Assembly (NCBI GenBank): GCA_019894815.1
Contig: JAGXNU010000001.1
Coordinates: 1-42,127, forward strand
From: Promethearchaeota archaeon
Lineage (GTDB): Archaea; Asgardarchaeota; Lokiarchaeia; Sigyniarchaeales; SOKP01
Length of the DNA stretch: 42,127 nucleotides
Reading direction: 5' to 3'
The notes under the pieces were generated by a model, which was not told where the DNA came from, ran no database searches, and saw only the letters and a list, made by a program, of their open reading frames with translations. Positions 8,292 through 18,381 of the stretch are shown here, in pieces (positions within the stretch are counted from its first letter, which is position 1; the number at the start of each line of letters is the position of its first letter). The position numbers were made by a program, and so were the translations under genes.

Positions 8292-8713
8292 TGACCAATC
8301 TAGAGAAAATCGTTGCTTTTGGGCATGTAAATGTCTCTTGTATTCATAATTCAACCATCGAAATCACAAAAGAAAATTATTTAACTAGTAAAGGAACTTG
8401 CGTTTTAGGAATCAACTCATCAAAAGCGTGTTCCGATTTAGATTTAAAATTAAAACAAAAAATCTGGGATGGCGCGAGAATCGAAGTGGTAATCCAAGTA
8501 GAAGATTTTAAGGATAATTTTCATGGTTTTGGAAGCAAATTATTACCTCTTTCCCACGAGTCTGATCTAGTTTTCCGTAAAAGTGATTTTATCTGTGATC
8601 GAACTGTTTTAATTAACTGTTCTAAATCATCAAGCGATTTAAATAGAAATTTAGTTAAAAGTTTAACTTCTTCCAATAAAGAAATAAAATTAACATTCAA
8701 AACTACGATATGA
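8291..8713 (+). CDS. Conserved small hypothetical protein (possibly DUF371-like)
   Basis: 1-nt overlap with the tgtA stop and 4-nt overlap with the next gene indicate operon membership. FGHVNVSCIHNSTIEITKENYLTSKGTCVLG resembles my recollection of the DUF371 signature; unverified. Confidence 0.55.
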   Translation: MTNLEKIVAFGHVNVSCIHNSTIEITKENYLTSKGTCVLGINSSKACSDLDLKLKQKIWDGARIEVVIQVEDFKDNFHGFGSKLLPLSHESDLVFRKSDFICDRTVLINCSKSSSDLNRNLVKSLTSSNKEIKLTFKTTI

Positions 8714-9852
8714 CGAGAAAAAACATCCAATTTATTAAGGTTAAAAAGGAAAAGGGAGAAGACCTAATAAAGTCATTAAATACTAATTTTAAAAAGCTTA
8801 GAATTATTCATCCGGATTACCAAATTGAATATGACGGTAATTATATTCTTTTTCCAATAAAAGACCTCACTGATGAACAATTTCATGAATTAAATAAGAC
8901 ACTTAAAAATCAATTTTCAATAGAAATCATGAATAAGAAAGGTACATCAAAACGAAAGATAGATAGACGCACTCTAGAAGATTTTTTAGAAAACACATTA
9001 CCAAATGATGTATTAAACATAATTCCGAGATCCTATGATGTTATTGGTAATATTGCAATTGTTGAGTTTGATCGCTTTTTAGAATTGAGTCAAAAAAAGA
9101 GCATTAAATATAAGAATCAAGTAGCGAGTGCAATTATACATGTCAATAAGGGATTGAAATCGGTTTATGAAAAGAAAAGTGAAATTAAAGGAGAATATCG
9201 ATTAAGGGAATTCTCGATTTTAAAAGGTCCAGACAATCCTGAAACTATTCATAAAGAAAATAAATGCTTGTTTAAACTTGATATAAAAACGACTTATTTT
9301 TCTCCCCGATTGGTGTACGAAAGAAATAGAATAGCTACAAGTCAATTTAATGAAAATGAAAACATTACTGATATGTTTGCAGGTGTAGGTCCTTTTTCAA
9401 TACAAATAGCTAAAAATCACCCGGTGAATATTTATTCTTTTGATATAAATCCCGCTGCTTGTAAATATTTAGAAGATAACGTTAGACTTAATAAAGTAAA
9501 TGACAAAATAACAGTTCATAATTTAGATGTTAAGAATTTAGTAGATACGAATAGCACGCTAGGAGAGACTTTAAAAAATAGCATGGATCGCGTCATAATG
9601 AATTTACCAGAAAAGGCGGTTAATTTTCTTGATGTTGCTTGTTTTCTTCTTAAAGAATCAGGAGGAATTATTCATTATTATCTTTTTAATGAAAAATCTT
9701 CCACTATTGAGCAGACTATTCAAAATTTAGAAAAGAAATTTGATGAGGAAAAATATCATATCGTAAAAATCTTGTCTTCAAGAAAGGTTAAAGGATATTC
9801 ACCAAAGATTGATTTATTATCTTTTGATTTATATTTAAGACTAAAAAAATGA
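8710..9852 (+). CDS. Trm5/Taw2-family tRNA methyltransferase (class I SAM-dependent)
   Basis: YDVIGNIAIVEF, FSPRLVYERNRI, SAM motif DMFAGVGPFSIQIAK, DINPAA, catalytic-loop MNLPE. Confidence 0.8.
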   Translation: MTRKNIQFIKVKKEKGEDLIKSLNTNFKKLRIIHPDYQIEYDGNYILFPIKDLTDEQFHELNKTLKNQFSIEIMNKKGTSKRKIDRRTLEDFLENTLPNDVLNIIPRSYDVIGNIAIVEFDRFLELSQKKSIKYKNQVASAIIHVNKGLKSVYEKKSEIKGEYRLREFSILKGPDNPETIHKENKCLFKLDIKTTYFSPRLVYERNRIATSQFNENENITDMFAGVGPFSIQIAKNHPVNIYSFDINPAACKYLEDNVRLNKVNDKITVHNLDVKNLVDTNSTLGETLKNSMDRVIMNLPEKAVNFLDVACFLLKESGGIIHYYLFNEKSSTIEQTIQNLEKKFDEEKYHIVKILSSRKVKGYSPKIDLLSFDLYLRLKK

Positions 9853-9891
9853 GATTTTAAAACTTCTTTATTAAATATATAAAAAAAAGAA

Positions 9892-9966
9892 TGGACCTGG
9901 CAGGATTCGAACCTGCGATCTTCGGATTAGAAGTCCGACGCCATATCCATGCTTGGCTACAGGTCC
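9892..9966 (-). tRNA. tRNA-Arg (anticodon UCU), 75 nt
   Basis: The reverse complement folds as acceptor GGACCUG/CAGGUCC, anticodon stem UCGGA/UCCGA with loop CUUCUAA, T arm GCAGG-UUCGAAU-CCUGC, discriminator A. Confidence 0.9.
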
Positions 9967-10123
9967 TCACACAAATAGAATCTTGGATTGTCTATAAACT
10001 TTTTTAAAACACTTTATTTCTTCGTGGTAAATTAATAAATCGTTAATACATTTTTTTTAAAAATTCTAACTTATATTATTATATTATATCTCTAATGATA
10101 AAATGTAAATTTCTTCTGTTAAC

Positions 10124-10849
10124 ATGAAGTATAATTTAATAAAAAGAACATTCATGCATCAAAATATTCCTTACTCTTTTAATTGGAATAAGGCACATTA
10201 TTTTCAGAAAATCAATCAAATTAATTCAAATAAAGAGGAATTTGACAGATTAAAAGGTCATTTCGAAGATGTTTATAAAGGAAATATACCAAATAATCTA
10301 TTTAATTCAAGGAACATTCCGAGAATTTCTCAATTCAAATTAAGAGGAATCAAATCTTCATATCTTGAATTCTTCAGAAAAAAACTCATAAGAACAGGTA
10401 AAATAATAGAACTGAATTCTCAATCAAAACTACCAATGAGAGCTCAGAAGGTATACGAGGCATTTGTTGACCGAAATAAGAAACCGGGTCATAATCCTAT
10501 ATTAAAAAATATTTTAATTAAGGATCCAGATTCAATTGCCATAGAAGTTCCAATTTGGAAGGAACATGATAATACTTGCCTTACTGGACATATCGATCTA
10601 ATCCAAATCGAAGGAAATACGTTAAAAGTAATAGATTACAAACCTGAAGGTAAATTTATGATATCCTTGCCCCAAGTTGCGATGTATGGTCTACTTGTAA
10701 AGAATGTATTAGGAATAAATAACTTAAAATGCATATCGTTTAATAAAGATGAAGCTTGGGAGTATGATCCACGGATATTATTAACAGATATAAAAGCCTT
10801 TTTGGATTCAAATAATTTAAAAGAAAGAGAATGGGAACGCTTTATTTAG
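10124..10849 (+). CDS. PD-(D/E)xK nuclease superfamily protein (RecB/Cas4-like core, no Cys cluster)
   Basis: TGHIDLIQIEGNTLKVIDYKPEGK followed by LPQVAMYGLL gives the motif order D...(D/E)xK...QxxxY. The start may be the downstream Met (MHQNIPY). Confidence 0.55.
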   Translation: MKYNLIKRTFMHQNIPYSFNWNKAHYFQKINQINSNKEEFDRLKGHFEDVYKGNIPNNLFNSRNIPRISQFKLRGIKSSYLEFFRKKLIRTGKIIELNSQSKLPMRAQKVYEAFVDRNKKPGHNPILKNILIKDPDSIAIEVPIWKEHDNTCLTGHIDLIQIEGNTLKVIDYKPEGKFMISLPQVAMYGLLVKNVLGINNLKCISFNKDEAWEYDPRILLTDIKAFLDSNNLKEREWERFI

Positions 10850-10850
10850 A

Positions 10851-11114
10851 TTATAGCTTTTTCTTTGTAATCTGATTTGTCTTTTTTTCATCATTTGGTT
10901 TTACATAACCACGAAGTAAAAAATGACATAGAATTATAGCTGCACATTCAACAATAATACTTATAAAAGTAATCATTGTTCCATTCGTTCCTAAAAATCT
11001 TAAAAATATTGCTATCGCTAAACCTGATGATAATAGAATGACTATTAGGAAAGCCTTTAGAATTTGACTCATTGAATCTTTGATATAACCGAGTTCTTTT
11101 TTTAGCCAAGACAT
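10851..11114 (-). CDS. Small membrane protein (2 predicted TM helices)
   Basis: Two hydrophobic stretches (ILKAFLIVILLSSGLAIAIFL and MITFISIIVECAAIILCHFLL) with a basic C-tail. Confidence 0.5.
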   Translation of the reverse strand: MSWLKKELGYIKDSMSQILKAFLIVILLSSGLAIAIFLRFLGTNGTMITFISIIVECAAIILCHFLLRGYVKPNDEKKTNQITKKKL

Positions 11115-11187
11115 GACAAAATCATTTCATTTTAGTTTTTATACTCTATTTTAATAAATTAGGGCAATTTTAATATTTTTTTTTATT

Positions 11188-13599
11188 TTAGCTATTCTTA
11201 CGTTTTTTCTTGAATTTAAAATAGAGAACTTTATCTAAAATCTTTCCAATTTTAATAGCAATTCTTCTCGCGATCTCAAATCTTTCCCCATCTACCATTG
11301 CTTTAATTTCATCAAGAGAAGGATCGTGTTTTAATCTTTCAGTTAAGACATCTTTAATGATTTGAGACACATCATTTTCCATTTGTTCATCACTGGGAAC
11401 TTTAAAATTTGGTTCTAATTTTTTAATTAAATCAATTGATTCTTTGTAAAATTCGAAAAATTTAATCTTGGGATTCGGACCAGATTCACTATGAATTTTA
11501 ATACTTTCAGTTAATATTTTTGTATCTTTCTCTTGCCAATAAAATTGATTCGGGTTGATTCCAGGACGACTAATCCCCATATTTGCTGAGGTAATGCGAC
11601 GTTCGATCCAATTAAAGGTACTCTCTTCCTGTTTTTCACGAATGATTCTCCTCTTCTCTTGTTTTTTTTTTTCTACATTTTCAATGACTTCTATAACTTT
11701 TGATTTCCCTTTTTCATTAAATTTTTCAAATCGTTTGACTAAATCATAAGCTAAGCAGTATGAAACAGGAGAAATAAGGTCGGCTTTCAATGATAATTGA
11801 GTATCATCACCAAAAATATTACTAGGTTGAGTTTTTAACTCTGATATACATTCTTTTAATGATTTGTTTAGTAAGAGTGATAAAATAAATCCATTAACAA
11901 GAAATACTTGATTTCTTGCACTGAATACAATTACTAACTCCTCTTGTCGTTTCATAATTCGATTGATAATCAATTCTTCGAATTTAATATTTACCCATTC
12001 CTCAGATTCTAAAGTACCTTCGATTTTTGTTAAGGCTAGTAGATATAACCCCTTATCATTGGTTACCTTGTTATATAACTCGATAATTCGACTATATTGA
12101 CGGAGGATTTTAGATAAGATGTGTAAATAAATATCTTTAACGATGTTATTAAAAAATTCATCAAAATTAAGAATTAAGATAATTTGTGAATAATTTGAAA
12201 GGTTGAGATCATAAAAAAACACTTTTTCTATAATCTGCTTTTTTCTTACGAATTCTCTTAAATCATTTATGGTAAAACCAAGTCGTTCTTCTAAGAGACT
12301 CCAAAGTTTTTGAAGAGGGATCTCATCTCGATATATTAAATTAATTATGTTAACGTCTGATAAATTATCAATTGATCCTATAATACTTTGAAGATATGGA
12401 TACTTTAGATCACAAAGAAGTTTATTTGTTTGATAAAGTAAATTCCTTTCTGGATCGTTTAAGAGAATTAAATCTTGTTCATGAATATTATAGCGAACCA
12501 TGTTCATTTTTACCTTTTCGATGACGTCTTCATCAATGTTAACAATTTTTAGGATGTCATCAACGCCCCTAGTGTTTAGTAAGAAAATAATCTCATCAAA
12601 ACTAGATTCTTTTAAACTTTGAAGTAAATATATGAAATCATTAGGATTGTTCTTTAGTTGCTCAAATAATTTGGATTTTAAGAATGAAAGGATTTTATTT
12701 TCAAAACTATCATATTCTATTTTTTCTGTTAAGCTTTCATCAATAATATCTACTAAATTTTCTTTTATTGTATTTCCTTCAATAAAAATTCTTAAAGCAT
12801 GAATAGACACGGGAAATTTTTCTGATTCATATTCTATTATTTTGCGTTTAATCATTCTGACTGGCATTGCTTGATTTTGTAGTTCTTTATATGACTTAAA
12901 TTCAAATCTCTTCTTGATTCTCAAAATTAGTCTATCTAATGTAGATAATTCAATGAAATTATCTTCTTTTTCATCCCTTTCTAATTTTTTTTCCAAATCA
13001 ATTGAGAGATCCTTAAATGCAGAGCTTTCTTCTAAAATTTCATATTTGATCTCATCAACTAATCCAATCAAATCTCCAATAAAATCGTAAAAATAAAAAG
13101 GGGGATAATTTGTAACAATTTCTAATAATTTCTGTTCGATTTCTTCATCAAGTTCTTTTTTTTGCCGCACTTTTTCATTTTCTGATAAATCTGAGCTTCT
13201 TTCATTAATCAGCAGATTCAAAAAGGAATTTTCTAATTTTATGATCTTATGAAGTAGGTCGATCTCAAGATTAAAAGAATTTTTTAATAACATTTCGAAC
13301 TCTGACATTAATAGCTTCTTTTGTTGCTCTTCAAAATGGCTCGCAGTTTCATATGCAAATTTATTATATTGTTGTGTTTCAAGCACTCGAATACCCATAT
13401 CATGATAAAGATGTATAGATGCAGTAGCTAATAATAATGATTTAAGTGTACCATTATTTTGAACTAGCTTCGTTATTAAAATCTTGTCTTGTTCACGTTT
13501 AAAATGTGAAAGTATTCTATTAATCGTTTGAAAGTATCTGTAAGTACCTTCTATAGCTGTGGTTTTTCTCTTTATCCCACTTATTTTTCTATCAACCAT
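11188..13599 (-). CDS. 803-aa hypothetical protein, K/E/I/L-rich, predicted largely alpha-helical
   Basis: Long ORF whose start overlaps the stop of the upstream 767-aa ORF by 19 nt. No NTPase, nuclease or metal-binding motif recognised. Confidence 0.75.
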   Translation of the reverse strand: MVDRKISGIKRKTTAIEGTYRYFQTINRILSHFKREQDKILITKLVQNNGTLKSLLLATASIHLYHDMGIRVLETQQYNKFAYETASHFEEQQKKLLMSEFEMLLKNSFNLEIDLLHKIIKLENSFLNLLINERSSDLSENEKVRQKKELDEEIEQKLLEIVTNYPPFYFYDFIGDLIGLVDEIKYEILEESSAFKDLSIDLEKKLERDEKEDNFIELSTLDRLILRIKKRFEFKSYKELQNQAMPVRMIKRKIIEYESEKFPVSIHALRIFIEGNTIKENLVDIIDESLTEKIEYDSFENKILSFLKSKLFEQLKNNPNDFIYLLQSLKESSFDEIIFLLNTRGVDDILKIVNIDEDVIEKVKMNMVRYNIHEQDLILLNDPERNLLYQTNKLLCDLKYPYLQSIIGSIDNLSDVNIINLIYRDEIPLQKLWSLLEERLGFTINDLREFVRKKQIIEKVFFYDLNLSNYSQIILILNFDEFFNNIVKDIYLHILSKILRQYSRIIELYNKVTNDKGLYLLALTKIEGTLESEEWVNIKFEELIINRIMKRQEELVIVFSARNQVFLVNGFILSLLLNKSLKECISELKTQPSNIFGDDTQLSLKADLISPVSYCLAYDLVKRFEKFNEKGKSKVIEVIENVEKKKQEKRRIIREKQEESTFNWIERRITSANMGISRPGINPNQFYWQEKDTKILTESIKIHSESGPNPKIKFFEFYKESIDLIKKLEPNFKVPSDEQMENDVSQIIKDVLTERLKHDPSLDEIKAMVDGERFEIARRIAIKIGKILDKVLYFKFKKKRKNS

Positions 13600-15884
13600 G
13601 CTCTATAAACCTCTTTAAAATTATCTGAAATTTCGAATAATGACTTTTTTCCCCAATATTTGAAATTAAAAACATGAAATAATTCTCTTTTAAACAACTT
13701 TCTTTCATTATCCGTAAATTTATGACTTAATATTATAGATATTGGACGAGGAATCAATTTTGAAAAGTATTTCAAATTCACTTCTTCAATGTAATTATAA
13801 AAAGTATCTTGTTTCTTCAATCTAAGGAACTCAATAGGTATTAACTCCTCTTCTTTCATATTTAATATGCTAAGTTCGGTTTCTATTCTTTTTCGAACGT
13901 ATAATGGGAATTCAGTAGCAATTCCTCTACAATACTCAAACTGTTTATAAAATTCCAGAAATAAATTATGATTTAAGTCATTGGAAACCTTAGCAATATA
14001 TTGATCTAAGAATTTAAAAAAGTGATCAATTTGTTGTTCACGTAATTCTCTTTCTTCTAAATAATTAATAAAATCTGTTACAATTTCATTTAAGGTCCAA
14101 TTTCGCTGTTCCTCTACTTTAAAAAAAAGTTTTGCATAATCCGTTATCCATTCTAAAATATAATATTTCCACGCTAGATTAATTCCGCCAATACGTTTTT
14201 CTAGAAATCGATGGAACTTATTAGAAAATGTAACTGGATCTTTGATTTTATTTTTAGATTCTTCTTTTAAAAAACGATTAATGGTACTATAACGTAAAAT
14301 ATAGCTTAGTAAGTATTCTAATTCAGTTGAATACGTTTTAAAATTATCAATATGTTCCTTTATTGAGTCTGGTGCATTCGTTTGGATTTCTGCAAAAGAT
14401 ATTATGTCTTTAATGTCTAATTGCGATTTTTCAAAAAATAATGGAATGCTTTGCTTTACAATTTTTTTAAATTCTCTAACTAAAATTTCCTCATCATAAT
14501 GAGATCCCTTAGTAATATGGACTGTACTAAGTTCAATTTGATTAAATAAAAACTCTTGAAATTTAGTTAGAATATTATTACCTATATTTTTGGCGGGTTC
14601 TTGTTCATGAGTAAATTTATCCTTTAATTGAGAAATAAAATTCAATATGAATGTCTTTAATCTTCTTCGAGCTAAATATTGAGGCAGGCTCTCTCTTATG
14701 ATCTCAAAGCTTGCTTTCACAATTTCTGTTAAAATATATACAGAAGAATTTAAATCATTAGCTCGAAGTTTATTGGAATTATGGATTGAATGCGATATTG
14801 AGTTGTTAGCGATTATGTATATTTCATCATAAATTTTATCACTTTTTCCAAGTTCTTTATGAATAAAATCTCCATATAATTTTAACAACTCTTGTAAATT
14901 ACCTGATTCTCCAGAAAGTAGAAATCTATTAGAATTTTCTAAAAATTTGTTGAAATTTGACTCTAAAATTTTCAAATCTTTTTCATATTCATCAATAATC
15001 CACTTTATGGTGTGAAATTCTTTAATTTGTTCAATCCGGGCATTTATTCGATCAATTATGAAAGAAATTACACCTTCTTTTGATTCATCAATCGTTCCTG
15101 CATTAGCCAAATTTATTAAATTTGACCCTAATTGAAGTGTTTTTTCAACAACATAATTTGCACTAGGTTCAGAAATTGCATACTTTAGATGTTCTCTTGA
15201 AGGATGTTCATCAAGGGGATCACTCATTTTTTGAAAAGTAGGGTTTGAAAATTTAATTTCAATCGGTTTTTTATTCCAATAATATTCAACATCTGATTTA
15301 ATTGACGCGAACGTATCTAACATTTCTTTTTCAGTAGGTAAAGATAAGCTTACTCCAATAAGCTTTTTATTCCATTTATCTTCGAGTAAGTCACCAAATA
15401 ATTTTTTGCTAAATCTAGATGCAAAATTTCGGAGTACCAATGCTTTTTGGTCTTTATTTAAATCTGGATGATCTGTGAATTCTTCTACCTCAAAAAATAA
15501 TTTACTTACATTATTAACCGAGTCTCGTGATTTATGGGTGTCTAAATATCCAATCTCTGGTTTTAAGGCAAGGAGCAGGCTTTCGCAATCTTTAAATTTA
15601 CCTGGGATTAATACCATTGATTTTGGGAAGATTTTCAGTAATGCTTCCTTTTCATCATAATTATAAAGTTCAAATTCGATACTAAATAGTTCAGAACCAG
15701 TAAAATCCCTCAAAATTGCATTATACATCCTTAAATATGTGATAACATCTTGAGACAATTGGTTCATTTTACCTTTAGTTAATTTTCCGGGTCCGATAAC
15801 ATCTCCAACAACAATATCATCTGGAGAGGAATAACCAAAAATTAGAGAAAATTGATAGTTAATTGATTCTCGAGTGGTGATCAT
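13581..15884 (-). CDS. 767-aa hypothetical protein, predicted largely alpha-helical
   Basis: Long ORF, first gene of a two-gene unit. No recognisable catalytic motif. Confidence 0.75.
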   Translation of the reverse strand: MITTRESINYQFSLIFGYSSPDDIVVGDVIGPGKLTKGKMNQLSQDVITYLRMYNAILRDFTGSELFSIEFELYNYDEKEALLKIFPKSMVLIPGKFKDCESLLLALKPEIGYLDTHKSRDSVNNVSKLFFEVEEFTDHPDLNKDQKALVLRNFASRFSKKLFGDLLEDKWNKKLIGVSLSLPTEKEMLDTFASIKSDVEYYWNKKPIEIKFSNPTFQKMSDPLDEHPSREHLKYAISEPSANYVVEKTLQLGSNLINLANAGTIDESKEGVISFIIDRINARIEQIKEFHTIKWIIDEYEKDLKILESNFNKFLENSNRFLLSGESGNLQELLKLYGDFIHKELGKSDKIYDEIYIIANNSISHSIHNSNKLRANDLNSSVYILTEIVKASFEIIRESLPQYLARRRLKTFILNFISQLKDKFTHEQEPAKNIGNNILTKFQEFLFNQIELSTVHITKGSHYDEEILVREFKKIVKQSIPLFFEKSQLDIKDIISFAEIQTNAPDSIKEHIDNFKTYSTELEYLLSYILRYSTINRFLKEESKNKIKDPVTFSNKFHRFLEKRIGGINLAWKYYILEWITDYAKLFFKVEEQRNWTLNEIVTDFINYLEERELREQQIDHFFKFLDQYIAKVSNDLNHNLFLEFYKQFEYCRGIATEFPLYVRKRIETELSILNMKEEELIPIEFLRLKKQDTFYNYIEEVNLKYFSKLIPRPISIILSHKFTDNERKLFKRELFHVFNFKYWGKKSLFEISDNFKEVYRAWLIEK

Positions 15885-16157
15885 TATAAAATACTTCTTC
15901 TTACTAATTTAGTTTAATGGTTTTAAGCTTCAACCAATTAAAAAATTTAAATATCTTATAGTTGATAAAGTATTAAAATTTAAGCAGAGCCATAACAGAA
16001 TATATATTTTTTTATCAGTATCTAATCAAAATTTGTTTTTACAAATTATATAATGTATAAAAATAAAAACATAAAAGAGATTATTTTTATAATAAATTAT
16101 ATAAAGCAATTTTCGCATATTTCAAAATTTTAAAACTTTTGCTAAAAGGTGATATAA

Positions 16158-16562
16158 GTGGAATTTGGTTCGGATCTGGGAATCACGAGTAGCGACATTG
16201 AGAAAATTAGCCCTCAAATCACATTTATTACTTCAAATGCAGACATTGAGGCAATTGCACTTGTGTCAAAGGAAGGGTATCAGATAGCATTTTCTGCATT
16301 ACCACAGTACAAAGTTGATGGAGATCAATTCTGTGGGCTGGCCTCAGCTTTATTAATGACAGGGAGTTCAACAATTCAAACTTTATTTCAAGAAGATTTA
16401 AGTGAAATAATAGTAAGAGCAGAAAATGGTTATATAATTGTCAGTAATGCAGGACGTTTAGTAATCGTTTGTGCTGGAACCGTTATCGAAACACTCATGA
16501 AGACAGTTAAAGTAATGCGAATTGCAGCGAAGAATTTGAATAAAATTTTCGAAGGTCGTTAG
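16158..16562 (+). CDS. Roadblock/LC7 (MglB-like) domain protein
   Basis: GTG start preceded by AAGGTGA. IEAIALVSKEGYQIAFS...ASALLMTGSS...SEIIVRAENGYIIVSNAG..LVIVCAG fits the Robl/LC7 alpha-beta-alpha pattern; length 134 aa. Confidence 0.7.
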   Translation: MEFGSDLGITSSDIEKISPQITFITSNADIEAIALVSKEGYQIAFSALPQYKVDGDQFCGLASALLMTGSSTIQTLFQEDLSEIIVRAENGYIIVSNAGRLVIVCAGTVIETLMKTVKVMRIAAKNLNKIFEGR

Positions 16563-16890
16563 TATTTACTAGTTATTTTAACTTCATTTTTATTTCAAAA
16601 AAAAAAATTTAAGTACAATTATCAAAACATTAAATTTATAAGTTAATTTGAGTTTTAAATCTAAATTCTTAATATGGTTTAAAATTGTGCTCACTGAGAA
16701 ATTATTTTGTTGGCAGTGGCAGTTGCGTTCATGAAAACGCTCTCTCATCGGTTTAAATCATATTAATAAAATCGCTTATTTTTCTTTCACTTTAGTTATT
16801 ATTTGCCTTAGCAGTTATGCATTATATTTTTGAATTCCATTAATATAAGGAGACATAAACCTATAATTAATATATGAAGGATATGTAAAA

Positions 16891-18291
16891 ATGAGTAAAA
16901 TAAATGCAAGAATTTTATTAGAACCAAATGAAGTCCCAAAAGAATGGATAAATATTTTACCATATTTACCATTACCCATAACTCCATTAATAAACCCAAT
17001 GGATGGGATGCCAGCACCTCCAGAACTAGCGTTTGCAATATTTCCCAAGGAATGTGTAATACAAGAAGTATCACAAGAAAGAACGATTCCCATTCCGAAA
17101 GAATTAAGAGAATTATATGCACAAACATACCGACCAACACCTCTCCATCGTGCTTACGGATTAGAAAAGGATTTGGGAATAGAAGGCGATGATATCAAAA
17201 TTTTTTACAAAAATGAATCGGTTTCAACAACAGGATCCCATAAACCTAATACTGCTCTGGCTCAAGCATTTTATGCCAAAAAAGAGGGTTTAAAGCAATT
17301 GGTTACTGAAACAGGGGCAGGGCAATGGGGTTCAGCACTCTCTTATGGCTGCAATTTATTTGGATTGACTTGTATTGTTTATATGGTAAGAGCGAGTTAT
17401 ATCCAGAAACCAGGGAGAAAAATACTAATGAAAGCTTATAATGGGGAAGTACATGCAAGTCCCTCGAAACATACGATGTCTGGTAGACTGTTTTATGACA
17501 AGAACCCAGAACACCCGGGAAGCTTAGGAATTGCAATTTCAGAGGCTGTAGAACATAGTTTAAAAAGAGATGATGCAAGATACTCCTTAGGTAGTGTACT
17601 TAATTTTGTATGTTTGCACCAAACAATAATAGGTCAAGAAACAAAAATACAACTAAGTAAAGTTGGAATTTCAGAGCCAGATATAATTATTGGATGCATG
17701 GGTGGTGGTTCAAATTTCAGTGGACTTGCGCTTCCATTTATGAGAGATAAATTGGAAGGAAAACTCCCAAATACTCAATTTATTGGAGTCGAACCTAGAG
17801 CATGTCCGAGTGTGACTAAAGGAGAATATAGATGGGATTACGGAGATACCGCAAAAAAGGCTCCTATTCTTAAAATGCATACTGTAGGACACGGTTTCAT
17901 TCCTCATCCAATACACGCCGGAGGATTAAGATATCATGGAATTGCTCCCATTATCTCAAACCTAGTCAATAACAAGCTAATGACGTCTTCAATGCACTTT
18001 CAAACTGAAGTTATAGAGGCAGGTCTTCAATTCACAAGAACTGAGGGTATTCTTCCTGCTCCTGAAACCTGTCACGCTATAAAAGAAGCTATAGATCAAG
18101 CTATATTAGCAAAAGAAAATAATGAAAAGAAAGTTATTGTTTTTAATTTCAGTGGTCATGGATATTTTGATCTTTTAGCTTATAAGGAATATATGGAGGG
18201 GAATTTAATAGACTTCGAATTGCCTTCTGAAGAAATTTCTGACGCTTTGAATTCTTCAGATATGCCAATAATTGATGAATCAAAATTTTAA
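16891..18291 (+). CDS. trpB2: TrpB2-type tryptophan synthase beta-like PLP enzyme
   Basis: STTGSHKPNTALAQA (PLP lysine), ETGAGQWGSAL, GGGSNFSG; the long N-terminal extension is typical of TrpB2. No trpA nearby. Confidence 0.8.
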   Translation: MSKINARILLEPNEVPKEWINILPYLPLPITPLINPMDGMPAPPELAFAIFPKECVIQEVSQERTIPIPKELRELYAQTYRPTPLHRAYGLEKDLGIEGDDIKIFYKNESVSTTGSHKPNTALAQAFYAKKEGLKQLVTETGAGQWGSALSYGCNLFGLTCIVYMVRASYIQKPGRKILMKAYNGEVHASPSKHTMSGRLFYDKNPEHPGSLGIAISEAVEHSLKRDDARYSLGSVLNFVCLHQTIIGQETKIQLSKVGISEPDIIIGCMGGGSNFSGLALPFMRDKLEGKLPNTQFIGVEPRACPSVTKGEYRWDYGDTAKKAPILKMHTVGHGFIPHPIHAGGLRYHGIAPIISNLVNNKLMTSSMHFQTEVIEAGLQFTRTEGILPAPETCHAIKEAIDQAILAKENNEKKVIVFNFSGHGYFDLLAYKEYMEGNLIDFELPSEEISDALNSSDMPIIDESKF

Positions 18292-18381
18292 TCTTTTTTT
18301 TCTTTTTTTTATTTAATCAGTAAAAATCTTAAAGCTGAAATTATAAATTCTATTTATATAATTGAGTGAGTTAGCTTTTCT

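Noticed and set aside
5993-8730. Short minus-strand ORFs 5993..6220, 6389..6610, 6958..7143 and 8521..8730
   Set aside because: Each is embedded antisense in a confidently identified plus-strand gene (fap7, tgtA, the small ORF/trm5 junction). They have no motifs and atypical composition.
15777-15806. P-loop-like GDVIGPGKLT near the N-terminus of the 767-aa protein
   Set aside because: It does not satisfy G-x4-G-K-[ST] because Leu follows the Lys. No Walker B or GTPase G3/G4 motifs follow.
9892-16000. Idea that tRNA-Arg marks an integrated mobile element carrying the nuclease and giant ORFans
   Set aside because: The tRNA 3' end faces away from this block. No integrase or transposase is present, and I could not find a direct repeat of the tRNA 3' half.
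16874-16888. Four-codon uORF (MKDM) two nt before the trpB2 start and a distal TATA-like box at 16751
   Set aside because: It is too short and unconserved-looking to claim attenuation. There are no Trp codons, and the spacer shows no convincing structured leader.
16808-17192. Three overlapping ORFs (two minus, one plus) at the 5' end of trpB2
   Set aside because: They overlap the strongly supported TrpB2 frame, and their hydrophobic low-complexity translations are typical of off-frame reading of an AT-rich gene.
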